Assembly: GCF_027921745.1 (NCBI RefSeq)
Contig: NC_079238.1
Span: forward strand, 2,728,001 to 2,792,000
Reading direction: 5' to 3'
DNA: 64,000 nucleotides
From: Schizosaccharomyces osmophilus
Taxonomy: Eukaryota
This document shows positions 23,757 to 35,301 of the stretch, piece by piece. The notes beneath the pieces are model-generated. The model was given only the letters and a program-made list of their open reading frames with translations, was not told the origin of the DNA and did not search any database. Within the stretch, counting starts at the first letter, position 1. Each line of letters begins with the position of its first letter. The position numbers and the translations under genes are program-made.

Positions 23757-24098
23757 GCTGAATAATATTTGTAATAGGCTTTAAAGCCGCTTTTACAACT
23801 TCTTCAGCAATCAGCAGTTGGTAGGGTTCTCGTAGATGGGAGCTTGTGATTATAAAAAGTGGACTGCAAATTTTAATGAAGTTGAACATACATCATTAAA
23901 TAACCTTAACGTAACTGAAGCATGTTTAAAGTTCGTTTAGTGCGCCGAAGGAGACTTGCGAAATTGTGAATACCGACAAAGAAAGCGATCGTTATTCCTC
24001 CTGGCATCGAAACAACTCCTTCAATAAACAAAAACGCCGTTTACGGGTTGGTTCGGATTTTACAGGTGGAATGGTTCAACTAAACAGTTGTAAATAAC

Positions 24099-26682
24099 AT
24101 GAGCAAAAATGGTGCTCAAAACAGAGACATAGAGCATGGTCGACGAACCATGCCTTCAGAGCTACGTCGTGGTATGAAGTGTAAACAATTCATAATGAGT
24201 GAAACTGACTGTAAAATGTGAAGATTTAGAGATCTTGCGAAGAATATTGTTGCGGCTTAGTGTTTCAAAGGACGACTCTTCTCCATTGTCAGTTTTTAAG
24301 GCATATGAAAATGTATTGCGGGAAAATGGGCTTAGTCCTTCTGAAAATCGTTACTATATTCGTGTTTTATTCCGTTTAATTTCTACGAAGAGATACTCTT
24401 GGGAGCAAGAGTGGAAGAATTTGATGTCAAGAATGGGGTTTTCTCACTTGTCACCGAGTTTACAAGCTCCTTTAAATTATCTTTCGAATGAGGGTTCCGA
24501 CGATCCATTTACCGTTCAAGATTTAAATAAGAGAAAAACTAACCACGAAGAAAAAGAGAACGTCAGGGTCGGTAATAATTTTGCTAGTAATGCTGCGAAA
24601 ACGATAAAGTCGCTTTCAGCAATGTCTCGTCTGGCGGACCAGTTTCGTTCTATTCGTGAGCATCAGCTGTTAGCAACGACCTTTTATTATATTCTCGATA
24701 AACACATGTATCAGCAAAGAATTACTACTATTTACGAGCGAAAAGCTACTGCTGTACATCGTGCTTTTTTGCTGCTCAAATATTTCCCTATGTGGATGCA
24801 AAAGATGCGCCAGGTAAGAGAAGTCATGTATACGGCTGAGAGCGCATATAATTTAGTTGTGCAGGAAAACTTTATGTACGCGTGGCGTAAAAAGACACGA
24901 GAGGTATATGCACGATACATTGAAGAGCAGAAAAAGGAATTTTTACATACTACTATCCTTCAATGGAACAATTTAGCAAATAAGTGGAGAGAAAAACATG
25001 AACGAATCCTTTTGTTGCGATTTCTGACTCAGTGGAAGCTTCGGCGGAAACAGAAAAGCAATAAACGAATTGAAGCAGTGAGCTTTTATTGTCATACGCT
25101 ATTTAAAAACAGATTTCGAACATGGAGACTAAAATCCAACATATCGTCTATAAGAAAAGTCCAAAAAAGAAGTGTACTAGCGACTTCATTTTTGAAATGG
25201 CAAGACACTCTCAAGAAGAAGCAACAGTTAAGAAATGGAGCGAAGGCTGAATTTATCAGCAACTCTAAAAAAACGGTTGTATCAAAATGGTATTCGAAAG
25301 CTTCAAATCACTTTACACAATATGAAGAGGCAGATGAATTTTACTATACACTACTGCTTCAAAAAATGCTACTTTATTGGAAATTGAAAACGACTGCTTG
25401 TAGAAAACTTGATGTTTGGACGGATGAACATGATGTGGAAATATTAAAGGCTGCGTTCGGACGCTGGAGACATCGGTTTTCTCGCATAGAAGATGGCCTG
25501 CAACTTGCAAATTATATTTTACAAGACACCTTTCTGACAAGGTGGCGGTTAGCTATAAAAACAAGTAAGTTTCGCAAAAGCAAGGAGTATGCGCTCCTGG
25601 CTAGGGTTTATAAGTTTTGGCAAATCAAAGAAAAAGAACGTGCCTTTGGGTATCATTATAATCAACGACTGGTGGTGAAAGCATGGGATACTTGGATCGA
25701 GCAGACACAAGGACTTCTAGAAGCGAAGGACATTGCAGAAGACCTTTATCAGGAGCGCCTATTAAAGGCAGCCAAGAATTGTATTTTAAAATGGCGCATG
25801 AAATTACTGGAACAAGAAGAGCTGCTTATCCATGGGGATGATCTCTACGAAAAAAAAATCAAACTTAATGTTTGGAGTAGATGGAAATATTTTATGCAAA
25901 GAAAGGCTAGATTACGTTGGCGAGCTGATTTGATGTACGACAAAAAACTTATAAAACTATCAATGAAAATGTGGAGAGACGTTTGTGAAGAAGAAATTAC
26001 CATAAAATTGGAAACGAAGGTAGTCGATTTTCAAGCGTCGATGACTGAAAAGCTAGTAGATCGTTATTGGAACATATGGATAGAAAAGGTTATGAAGCTT
26101 TCTGCACTTGCCATGGTGGCCGATCAGGCACGGCAGCGTGTATTAATAAGGGCCTATGAGACATGGTCCTACCGACACAACGAGTTTAAAGAGAAATTAG
26201 AGCGAGCGGAACAATTTTATAATGAACGACTATTACGTTCGGCATTAATATTTTGGAGGTACCAACTGCGGGCAGTACAATTTCTGCAAAATATTAGTGA
26301 TTGGAAGCGACGGGAATTTGACAAAGGAATTATGCGCCGGACGTTTGATTCTTGGAATTTGTTGACATTCCGTGTCACGAGTCATACAATGCAAGCCGAG
26401 CGATTTTACCAACAAAAACAAAGCAAACTTTTGGGTAAGATGTTTCGACGATGGATCCAGCGGTATCGGGTGAATATTGAAGACTCGTCGATACTGGAGA
26501 ACTCTTCAGGTATGGATGAATATTCCAATTCGATGCATACATTTGATACAACGATGCCAATGCAGTATGAAAGTGTTTTGGGAACTCCTGCAAATTTTCA
26601 GCGACAATGGAAGCAAGAGCTGAAAACGCCCATTTCTAGATTTTCCAAATATTTGCGACCTATTCCTCCAAAAACTCAATAA
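24099..26682 (+). CDS. sfi1: Spindle pole body half-bridge centrin-binding protein; intron ~24172-24222
   Basis: Long helical protein with periodic L..F..W(K/R) Sfi1 repeats; upstream ATG exon joined by a GTATGA..CTGAC..AAG intron. Confidence 0.85.
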
Positions 26683-27060
26683 GGATGTTTTGTTGGGATA
26701 ATTTCGATAGAAACTCTACTTTCATACAGCGTAAAATTTTTGTTTTCGTATTTATTTTTGACAAGACGGTCCAAAGTCAAAACATCACTATACCGACTAT
26801 TGACTTTGATACAAGATACAAGTACAAGTACAAGGCTTACAATTCGGAATAAAAACCATTCTTAACATTACGGTTGCTACAACTGAATGAAAAAAGAGAA
26901 ACTCATAAGAATTATGCATAAATTAACCAACATCAAACCAAGAAATGTACATTAAGAAAGCTTTGACGAAATCTTCTTAAGCGTAAGGGGATGCGAAAAG
27001 AATGTAAGATGCAATCAAAGAGTATAAATAGAAGTCGTATCAAACTACCAGTCTTCAGGT

Positions 27061-27492
<432 letters not shown>

Positions 27493-27588
27493 TTAAAAGA
27501 AACTCGTTTTATATAAAACAACGACAAATAACGATTTCTTCTGAAGATATTGACGAGAACAGCTTTCTTATTTATATATAAGCTGAAG

Positions 27589-27609
27589 ATCAATAACCCT
27601 AACCCTCAT
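27589..27609 (+). promoter_or_regulatory. AACCCT box of the fission-yeast histone bidirectional promoter (Ams2/Teb1 site)
   Basis: ATCAATAACCCTAACCCTCAT between the H3 and H4 starts, flanked by TATA-like elements. Confidence 0.85.
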
Positions 27610-27736
27610 CAAAATGAGAGGCACAGAGTACGCGACGCGTTGAGAAAGCTATAAATACGGGAAATTTCACCTAAACGAAACAAAACAGACTACTTCCTCT
27701 TGGAATTGATTTTGGTATAAAGCAAATAATCACTAA

Positions 27737-28051
<315 letters not shown>

Positions 28052-28519
28052 ACACTGTGTGCTGTAATTTCTCTACATATAGGACTTTTGGCAACTTGGA
28101 AGCCTATCAATTCTTTTTTTCTCAATCAAGTTATCAATTGTCGCAGCTACATAAAGTGATCCTTATGCAATGTGATGCCAATCGGTATAGACACAATGTA
28201 CAAAACTTCAAGCAAAGCGAAATTTCTCTGACACTAATTCTCCAAGATGCTGAGCATCTAGTGTATGTCAGTTGGCTCCGGTAGCACTGATTCGAAAGTT
28301 GTTTATTTTACATATTTAATGATATTATGGATTATGATTCTATAAACTGTGAAATGTTGTAACCAGAAAGTAGAGTTGTCAGTAGAGTATCAAATGTACG
28401 ATATTTATTTTCGTAGCAATCGAAGCCAGAAATCTCTTTGGTAACAGCCTGAAATTTTTTTCGATTGTACTCCAGAAACGCTCTTTATTTGTAACTTCTT
28501 TGACAATTCAGTAAAGACC

Positions 28520-28593
28520 GGGCATGTGGTGTAGATGGTTATCACGCTTCCTTAGCATGGAAGAGGTCCCAGATTCGAGTTCTGGCTTGTCCA
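28520..28593 (+). tRNA. tRNA-Ala(AGC)
   Basis: GGGCATG/CTTGTCCA acceptor stem with G3:U70; A box TGGTGTAGATGG; anticodon arm CTTCC-TTAGCAT-GGAAG; T-loop TTCGAGT; downstream T-run Pol III terminator. Confidence 0.95.
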
Positions 28594-29370
28594 ATTTTTT
28601 TTCAATCCTGATTTCTCTCAGGTAACTGTCGAAGGTTACCATCAAAACACAAAAGAAAACCAGAGTTCCTTGATTCAAGCTGGTTTTTTTTGTTTTCTGT
28701 TTGCCTGTCGTATCATGCTGAAACCTTCCTTTCGTTGAATCTTCAGTAGGTATTTATTATGATAACGAGGAAAATACGCTTTCGTCACTTCCCTATTGAT
28801 TTTGTCTGGTAAAAAAAAAGAAGGAAAGCAAAGATGAAAGAAAAAAAATGTATAAAAGGTCGTTCGTTTGAAACATTCAAAGCACAGAGTACTTTATTAA
28901 AAAACTTTCTTTTCCATTGTTTTAGCGCGAATGTCCCACGTCAATGGATGGTAGCAAACTTGCTCGTTTTATTTACCGCATCAACAAAGATGGCAAGCAA
29001 CATTCTCCAAAGACGAAACCATGCAATATCAATTCCAAAAAAGGAACTACAAATACTAGCTGATCCCTATGGTCTTTCTTTTTTCGCTCTCGCTTCACCT
29101 ACTTTGTCTTTCGGTAAGGAACATGTCACCTAAGTTGACATACATGCAATGTCTAATATTTATGGATAGACGTGTCATTAACAAACCACGACGACACTTT
29201 GTAAAATAACTATTGTCTTTCATCAACGGAAGCTCTCTTTCACTCTACGATATTGTACTGTATTTTCGAAAAGCAGTCTGTTGAGCATTGGCCTCATTGA
29301 ACCAGCCTTTTCAAGTGAAACCTTCGTTTACCTTTTCCTAATTTAGAGTACCTAATTTTGAATATCGAAA

Positions 29371-29998
29371 ATGCCATTGTTCGATACATCTTTGTTTCGT
29401 TTTCGATTGTCATCTCTCCATCTTTCTTCGAGAACCTTGGGGGTTTACTTTGCTGGTGTCATGGTACGTCGATATATTGACAATCTACTTGTTCGGTTTT
29501 GTGAATAGAAAATGCTAATAAGCTTAGTTTGCCTCGGCTGTTTGGGTTTTCATAGATACAGCACTTTATAGCGCTTTTAATTATGGCAGCACACTACATA
29601 TAACCTTTGTCGACTGGATCCCATTCCTATGTTCTGTTCTTGGCATGATCATGTACGTACTATTCCATTTCATTTCTATTATTATTGAATTTAACTAACG
29701 TTGATTTATCAGTGTAAACTCTATTGACAAGTCTCGCCTTAGTGGTGATTCCTTTGCATATACAGATGAAAGCCTGGCTAGAAAAGCTCGGTTTATTCTC
29801 TTTATCGGATTTGCTTTACTTGCCGGTGGATTGGGTGGAAGTTTTACGGTATTCATTCTCAAATACGTCGTCCCTGGCTATTCTCTTACAATGGGTATTG
29901 CCAATGTTATTTGCAATGTTCTCTTTATGATTAGCGCTACCACTCTTTGGATCACTGGTAATATGAACGATGATTACCATTATAACTTGCAGCTTTAA
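29371..29998 (+). CDS. vps68: Vacuolar protein sorting membrane protein Vps68; introns 29464-29527 and 29653-29712
   Basis: Spliced product MPLFDTSLFRF...GVYFAGVM|FASAVWVFID...HITFVDWIPFLCSVLGMII|VNSIDKSRL...ARKARFILFIGF. Confidence 0.9.
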
Positions 29999-30770
29999 TA
30001 ACTTTGTTTATGTTTACCTTCACAATCTGCTTACTGATTTTGTTAGGATTACACTTAGTTTCAATGATCTCTTTTCAATGCCTAGACACTGTTGGATTGC
30101 AAATTCCGGTTGAAATTCCGCAAGTCGCTTTGGTAATGTATTTCTATAATATGTGAATGAATCAAAATTTGACCGTGATCTCAGTGTCCTTGTTTTCTTT
30201 TTTAACCTTAAGATATTGCAAGTATAAGTTCAACTGGAATTAAATGAAATGGACATACTCAGCCTACGCTCTTTAAATTTGACAAGTAGATGCTTTAAGA
30301 AAACTGTGTTTTTGGTAATAATAATCGTTATTCTCACCTTCTTTGTTTTTTAATATATTAAAATAAAAAAAATGCCATTACGCATCAATCGTTTCTCATC
30401 ATATACTGTTTTTAGAGGTGAAAAATATCTGCCCTTATGTGGGCGTGCATAGGTAATTTTAAAACGTGGAGCTAAAACACAAGGAATTACCTTCCAAGCA
30501 TGAGAAAAAATGAATGTATGACCCGCAGGGAAATGAAAAAAAGAGGATTGAGAGGGAAAGAAGCGAAGAAATAAAACACCAATATATCAAGCATAATAAA
30601 AATATGATTTTGGAGCCACGTGACTGAAGGACAAAATTAAAAAAATAAAAAAATAAAAACATGTTAAAGAAAGCCTAAAAAAGAGAGAAAAGATGTCACG
30701 TCGAAAGAAAAGTGATCATGCACATAAACGGCTTGTTTTAACACGTCACAGGAAAAGAGGGAAAAACAAT

Positions 30771-32088
30771 TCAAACATCGAGGTTTGCCTGTTTGACTAA
30801 CATAGGCTTGAAATTATTAATATCAACATCGAGGTTTTCGTATTCGTGCGGTGGTAGTATGCTCTTATTTAAATTAGGGCGAATGGAAAGCTCCTCCAAA
30901 GAGAAATTAAATAGTGGAGGAAGTGGTAAATCATGAACATCGGAATCTCTCTCAACACTATATTTTACATTCGGGTCGCGTAGTTCGTCAAAGAATGGAT
31001 GAGTAAGGACTTCAATCGCAGAAATACGTTTGGAGGGTACGTAAACCAAAATACTCTTTAATAGGTCCAAAACATTCTTTGGTACATGTTTTGGTAGAAT
31101 TGATTCCAGGAAGTGTGGACGTACATTTGGTAAAGCGTGATGGACGTAATTAGGATTCATGGAAGTGATTTCTTGTTGAGTAGGCGTTCCAAGAACTTTT
31201 ATAATTTCCACCAATTGCTCCACGCTACTATCTCCAGGAAACAATGGGCGACCTAAAATCAATTCCGCTATGACACAGCCGGCCGACCAAACATCAATTT
31301 TGGTGGTGTAATGGGTTGCTCCAAACACCAATTCAGGTGCCCTGTAATAACGTGAGCAAATATAAGAAACGTTGGGCTCAGAAGGAATTAATATTTTTGC
31401 ACTTCCAAAATCACATAGTTTCAAGACACCAGTTCGATAATCGACTAAAAGGTTCTGAGGTTTAATATCGCGATGGCAGATTCCGGTGCTATGTAAGTAA
31501 GAAAGAGCGCGGAAAATCTGGAATGCGTATATTTTAATGGAAAGCGTAGAAAGAGATTTATGACGCCGAGTGTACCATCTCATATCCTCAAACACAGTTT
31601 CTGGTGAGTATTCAAGCAACAAGGATAAGTGAGTTTCATCATTTGTTGGATTGTGGGTGTGAAAAAATGCTATTAAATTTACGATATTTTGGTGGGATAT
31701 GGCACGCATGATTTGGAGCTCTCGATTCTATAACAAAAAGCGTTAGCATGATTCTTTCCGTAAAAGAAAAGGTGCGGAAAACTCAGAAACATTTGATGAA
31801 TGTTTCAACCTAGGTTTGCTAGCAAAAGAGAGGGTGAGTGAAATGGAATACCTACCTTGTATCGCTTGTCCTGGAATACACGCTTAACAGCGATGTATTG
31901 TTGGCTCCCTACTATCTTTGCCTTCATAACAATGCCAAAACTCCCCGAGCCTATGACTTGAAATAGCTCATAGGAAAGCGTTCGTTCTTCCCCGGTTTTT
32001 GGGTCCAAGACAACTTTTGTTTCTACGTGCGAGTCATCTAAAGTCAGTTAGCTTTTTATTTCACCAATTCCTAGTCAGTACCACTCAT
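30771..32088 (-). CDS. gsk31: GSK3-family kinase Gsk31; start exon uncertain
   Basis: IGSGSFGIV, VAVKRVFQDKRYK|NRELQIM, HRDIKPQN, DFGSAK and SYICSRYYRAPEL motifs; most plausible start is a micro-exon ATGAGTG plus a 44-nt intron. Confidence 0.88.
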
Positions 32089-32529
32089 TTCTTAATCTTG
32101 TTTGTGTTTGGTTCACTGCACCTACGTTTAAAAACATACTGTTTGATTATACGTCACCTGACCTCGATTAGTTGTTTGCATAAGTAAATAAAATAGAGAT
32201 CTGCATCGTAAAACAGTATGTAGTATAGCGTAGTATAAAGTATTAAAAAAAGAATGTTAAACAGGAAGGAATTTTGTGTAAACAAAAGGAAAATGAATTG
32301 TATAAGGTGGACAAAAGCTCAATTCATTGAGATTAAACTACTGAGAATCAAGCTTCTAAATCAATGATTTACTTATAAGAGATTTCACCGTATTGTTTGT
32401 GAAGGAATTGCGCTTTTACTTTAATTTTTCATTCAAGTGTGTAACGAGCAGCAGATCGAAAAGTTCTAAACTTATCATCTTCATGTTGATTCTTTCTTCC
32501 TTTCTTCATCGTACTTTCTTTTCCTCCTG

Positions 32530-32555
32530 TTTTTTTTTTTTTTTTTTTTTTTTTT
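32530..32555 (+). repeat. poly(dT) tract, 26 nt
   Basis: Uninterrupted T run in the gsk31-tom40 intergenic region. Confidence 0.9.
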
Positions 32556-33183
32556 GTTTTTGTTGGATTCATTTGTTTACGTGCCTTTGGCTACTTTTAA
32601 TGACTCGCGTAAACATGCAAAAAAAGATGTCCAGTTGTTTTTTAATAATTATAAATAAAATACAAAACAGATAACAAACATTAGCCTTGGGCTAGAACAA
32701 GACTGATTTATCAATCTGTGAGAAAAGACTGACTATAAATAGACAATAGCCATGTGGGGGTAGCAGAAAGATGTAAGAGAGTAGTAGCTTAGTGCAGAAA
32801 GTAAGAAAAAAGAGGAAGTGATTCCTGATATTATAGACGAATAGAAGGAATACGAGTTGATGAGAATATTAAAGACAATGAAATCAGCAACAATGAATAT
32901 ATATCTCGTAGGAAAAACCCACATTGTTTGTGGTATACGACTGGAAGATCTACGATATACAACTCAAGATATGATTTGTTTCAACATTTATCATTTATCT
33001 AGGAAGCTCTGTTCAATAAAAAGTGACTTCCCCAAAAAACAAAACGATTCTTTTGTCGAACAACAGGTTCAGCTACGTACTTCTTCCATGGGGTAAGTAA
33101 AGAAATGAATAGTAGAATTTTATAGATTACAATCCTGTTTCATATGCTATCTCATTAAGAAACAGATTAATCATCCAAGAATT

Positions 33184-34245
33184 TTAAGCAGAGGGGGTAG
33201 CAGGTTCAGCAGCGGGGACTTGACCAGAAAGCAATTGTTGTTGCTGTTGAATCATTTCATCACTTCCGGGCAACTCCATGCTCAAACCAAGACCAACCTT
33301 AGCGTTTCTGTTGGGATGATCGATTTCACTGCTGAAAGCAAGAGTAATAGCAGGAGCCAAGCGGCGTTCCAAATAAACACCAACCTTACCCTTGCTGTCA
33401 ACTTGACTACGATAGATGCTTTGGGCAAACTCATACTTAAGGCCAACCGAAGTAAGACCTTCAGGCTTGGGACCAATCATCATGGCAGCCGAACGGTTCA
33501 AGCCGACAGGTGATAATTGGCATTCAACACCAGCCTCGACCTTTTCACTCAACTTGCGCCAGAAAGTAGCGGTAACATCACCTTGGGTACCGTTCAAATG
33601 ACCAGTAGCGATCCAGTCACCAGCGTTGTAACGAGCCATATAACTCAAAGCAGCTTCCTCAGGTCCGATAGAAGCAGAAGGCTTTTGCCAGAGAGCCTCG
33701 ACACCCATGGACAATTTAGGAGTAAGAGACTGGAGCATGGAAAGAATGTAAATACCAGTCAACTTGTCTTCATACCAAGGATTCATTGCTTTAACGCTAA
33801 AAGAAAAGTCCTTTCCTCTGTGGTCATGCTCGATTTGACACATGCTAGGGATAGTAGCATCGGCAAGTTGCATTTGAACCTTGGAAAGAACATTTGGGCT
33901 CCAAGCACAGTTCAACATGGCTTGCAAAGCACCGTCGTTGTCGACACTACCGCGGAGGAACACTGGCTCACCACCAAACATGGTGCTGAAAGAGTAAGGG
34001 GGTAACATTTGGCTACCAAGAGCAAATGCATGGGAAACAGTAAACCAAGGGTTAGTAGAGAATCCCTTTGTTACATCAGCACGAATACCGGTAAATGCAT
34101 AGTTAGAAAGCAAGAGATCTTTCGAAACTTCCTTTGACAAATTTTCAGTAGTACCAGGGTTCGAAAGGTTCAATGAGGACTTGTAGCTGTCGATCTTGTC
34201 ACCAACACGTCCAATCGAGGAAACAGCTGTTTGAAGATAATCCAT
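33184..34245 (-). CDS. tom40: Mitochondrial outer membrane import channel Tom40
   Basis: LSNPGTTENLSKEV, F.GIRAD.TK and beta-barrel strands; C-terminal Gln-rich tail. Confidence 0.95.
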   Translation of the reverse strand: MDYLQTAVSSIGRVGDKIDSYKSSLNLSNPGTTENLSKEVSKDLLLSNYAFTGIRADVTKGFSTNPWFTVSHAFALGSQMLPPYSFSTMFGGEPVFLRGSVDNDGALQAMLNCAWSPNVLSKVQMQLADATIPSMCQIEHDHRGKDFSFSVKAMNPWYEDKLTGIYILSMLQSLTPKLSMGVEALWQKPSASIGPEEAALSYMARYNAGDWIATGHLNGTQGDVTATFWRKLSEKVEAGVECQLSPVGLNRSAAMMIGPKPEGLTSVGLKYEFAQSIYRSQVDSKGKVGVYLERRLAPAITLAFSSEIDHPNRNAKVGLGLSMELPGSDEMIQQQQQLLSGQVPAAEPATPSA

Positions 34246-35301
34246 GATGATTAGATCTGATGTGCTATTTTATGAAAATTGGATTTTTGGGTTCTTCTGT
34301 AAGATTAAAAAGTACAGATACTGTTAACCTATATGTTTTTTCCTTAACAAATTAACTTGGTGGTTAGGCTTAGGAAAGACTCCTTTTTATTTACTCTAAT
34401 TAACCACCTTCACGTACAACGCGGTTAGGAGGATGGTGGAGAGAAGTAGGTAGTTTGCGGGTCCCTTCATATCACCAACTGCGTGTGGAGTCCAATATAA
34501 TCTTACAAAATATACAACAATATTACAATAAGTATTATATTTTTCGACAGTCTTTTTTTGATGACATTTATTTCGCTAGGGCAAGTACACAGTACGAATA
34601 AAAAAGCCTCAACGGAAATTTTTCTTTCAAATCGATTGTTAAATAGAAAAAAATAGTCTATATTGTAAACCAATATTTTATTTAAAGCCATTACCCATAT
34701 AATGTTTGCCTATTTTCTCATAACTCATTGCGAATCTAATCCTCAACTTCATTATATTATATAACGAGCTCATCTATTCTTCGAATATTACGCACTAGGT
34801 TGTAGTATGCAAACTATTTTTAGAAAACATACTATTGGTATGTGGAAGTTGCCCTGAGCTCTGGATTCTGTGTCTTTCCAGCAACACATTTTTTAATAAA
34901 ACAAGAAATCCGAAGTTTTTCTCATTAAGTCGTGTCTATAAGTAGAAGGAGATTGCCATTTCTTCTACGATACAACGATTGTCAGTTAGGTCCGCCTGTT
35001 TAAATATTTTAAGCCCATAAAGTTGGCGCTCGAGCATAAAAGTTCGCAGGTCTTTTTCGTGCTTCTGGGAAGCGTGAAGAAGCCACCTTAATCCAGGGGT
35101 TCAAGGCCAATTTATCTCTATAGTCCAATTTTGGCTGAAGGCTTTGGATATATTCCTGTTTTTTCTCGATTTAAGGAATAAAACATCTTTGGCTTTTTGC
35201 TGCTTTCATTCAATTGAAGATCAGTCCCAGCTGATTATATTTCTTTTGTTATATTTAGTTATTTAACATTTCTATTTACATTTAATTTTGATATCCTAAT
35301 C

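Noticed and set aside
26810..26833. TACAAG repeats between the sfi1 and H3 3' ends
   Set aside because: Simple microsatellite-like run with no spacer structure
34244..34260. ATGATGA..CTGA at the tom40 start
   Set aside because: Only 6 nt between the boxes, and it overlaps the start codon
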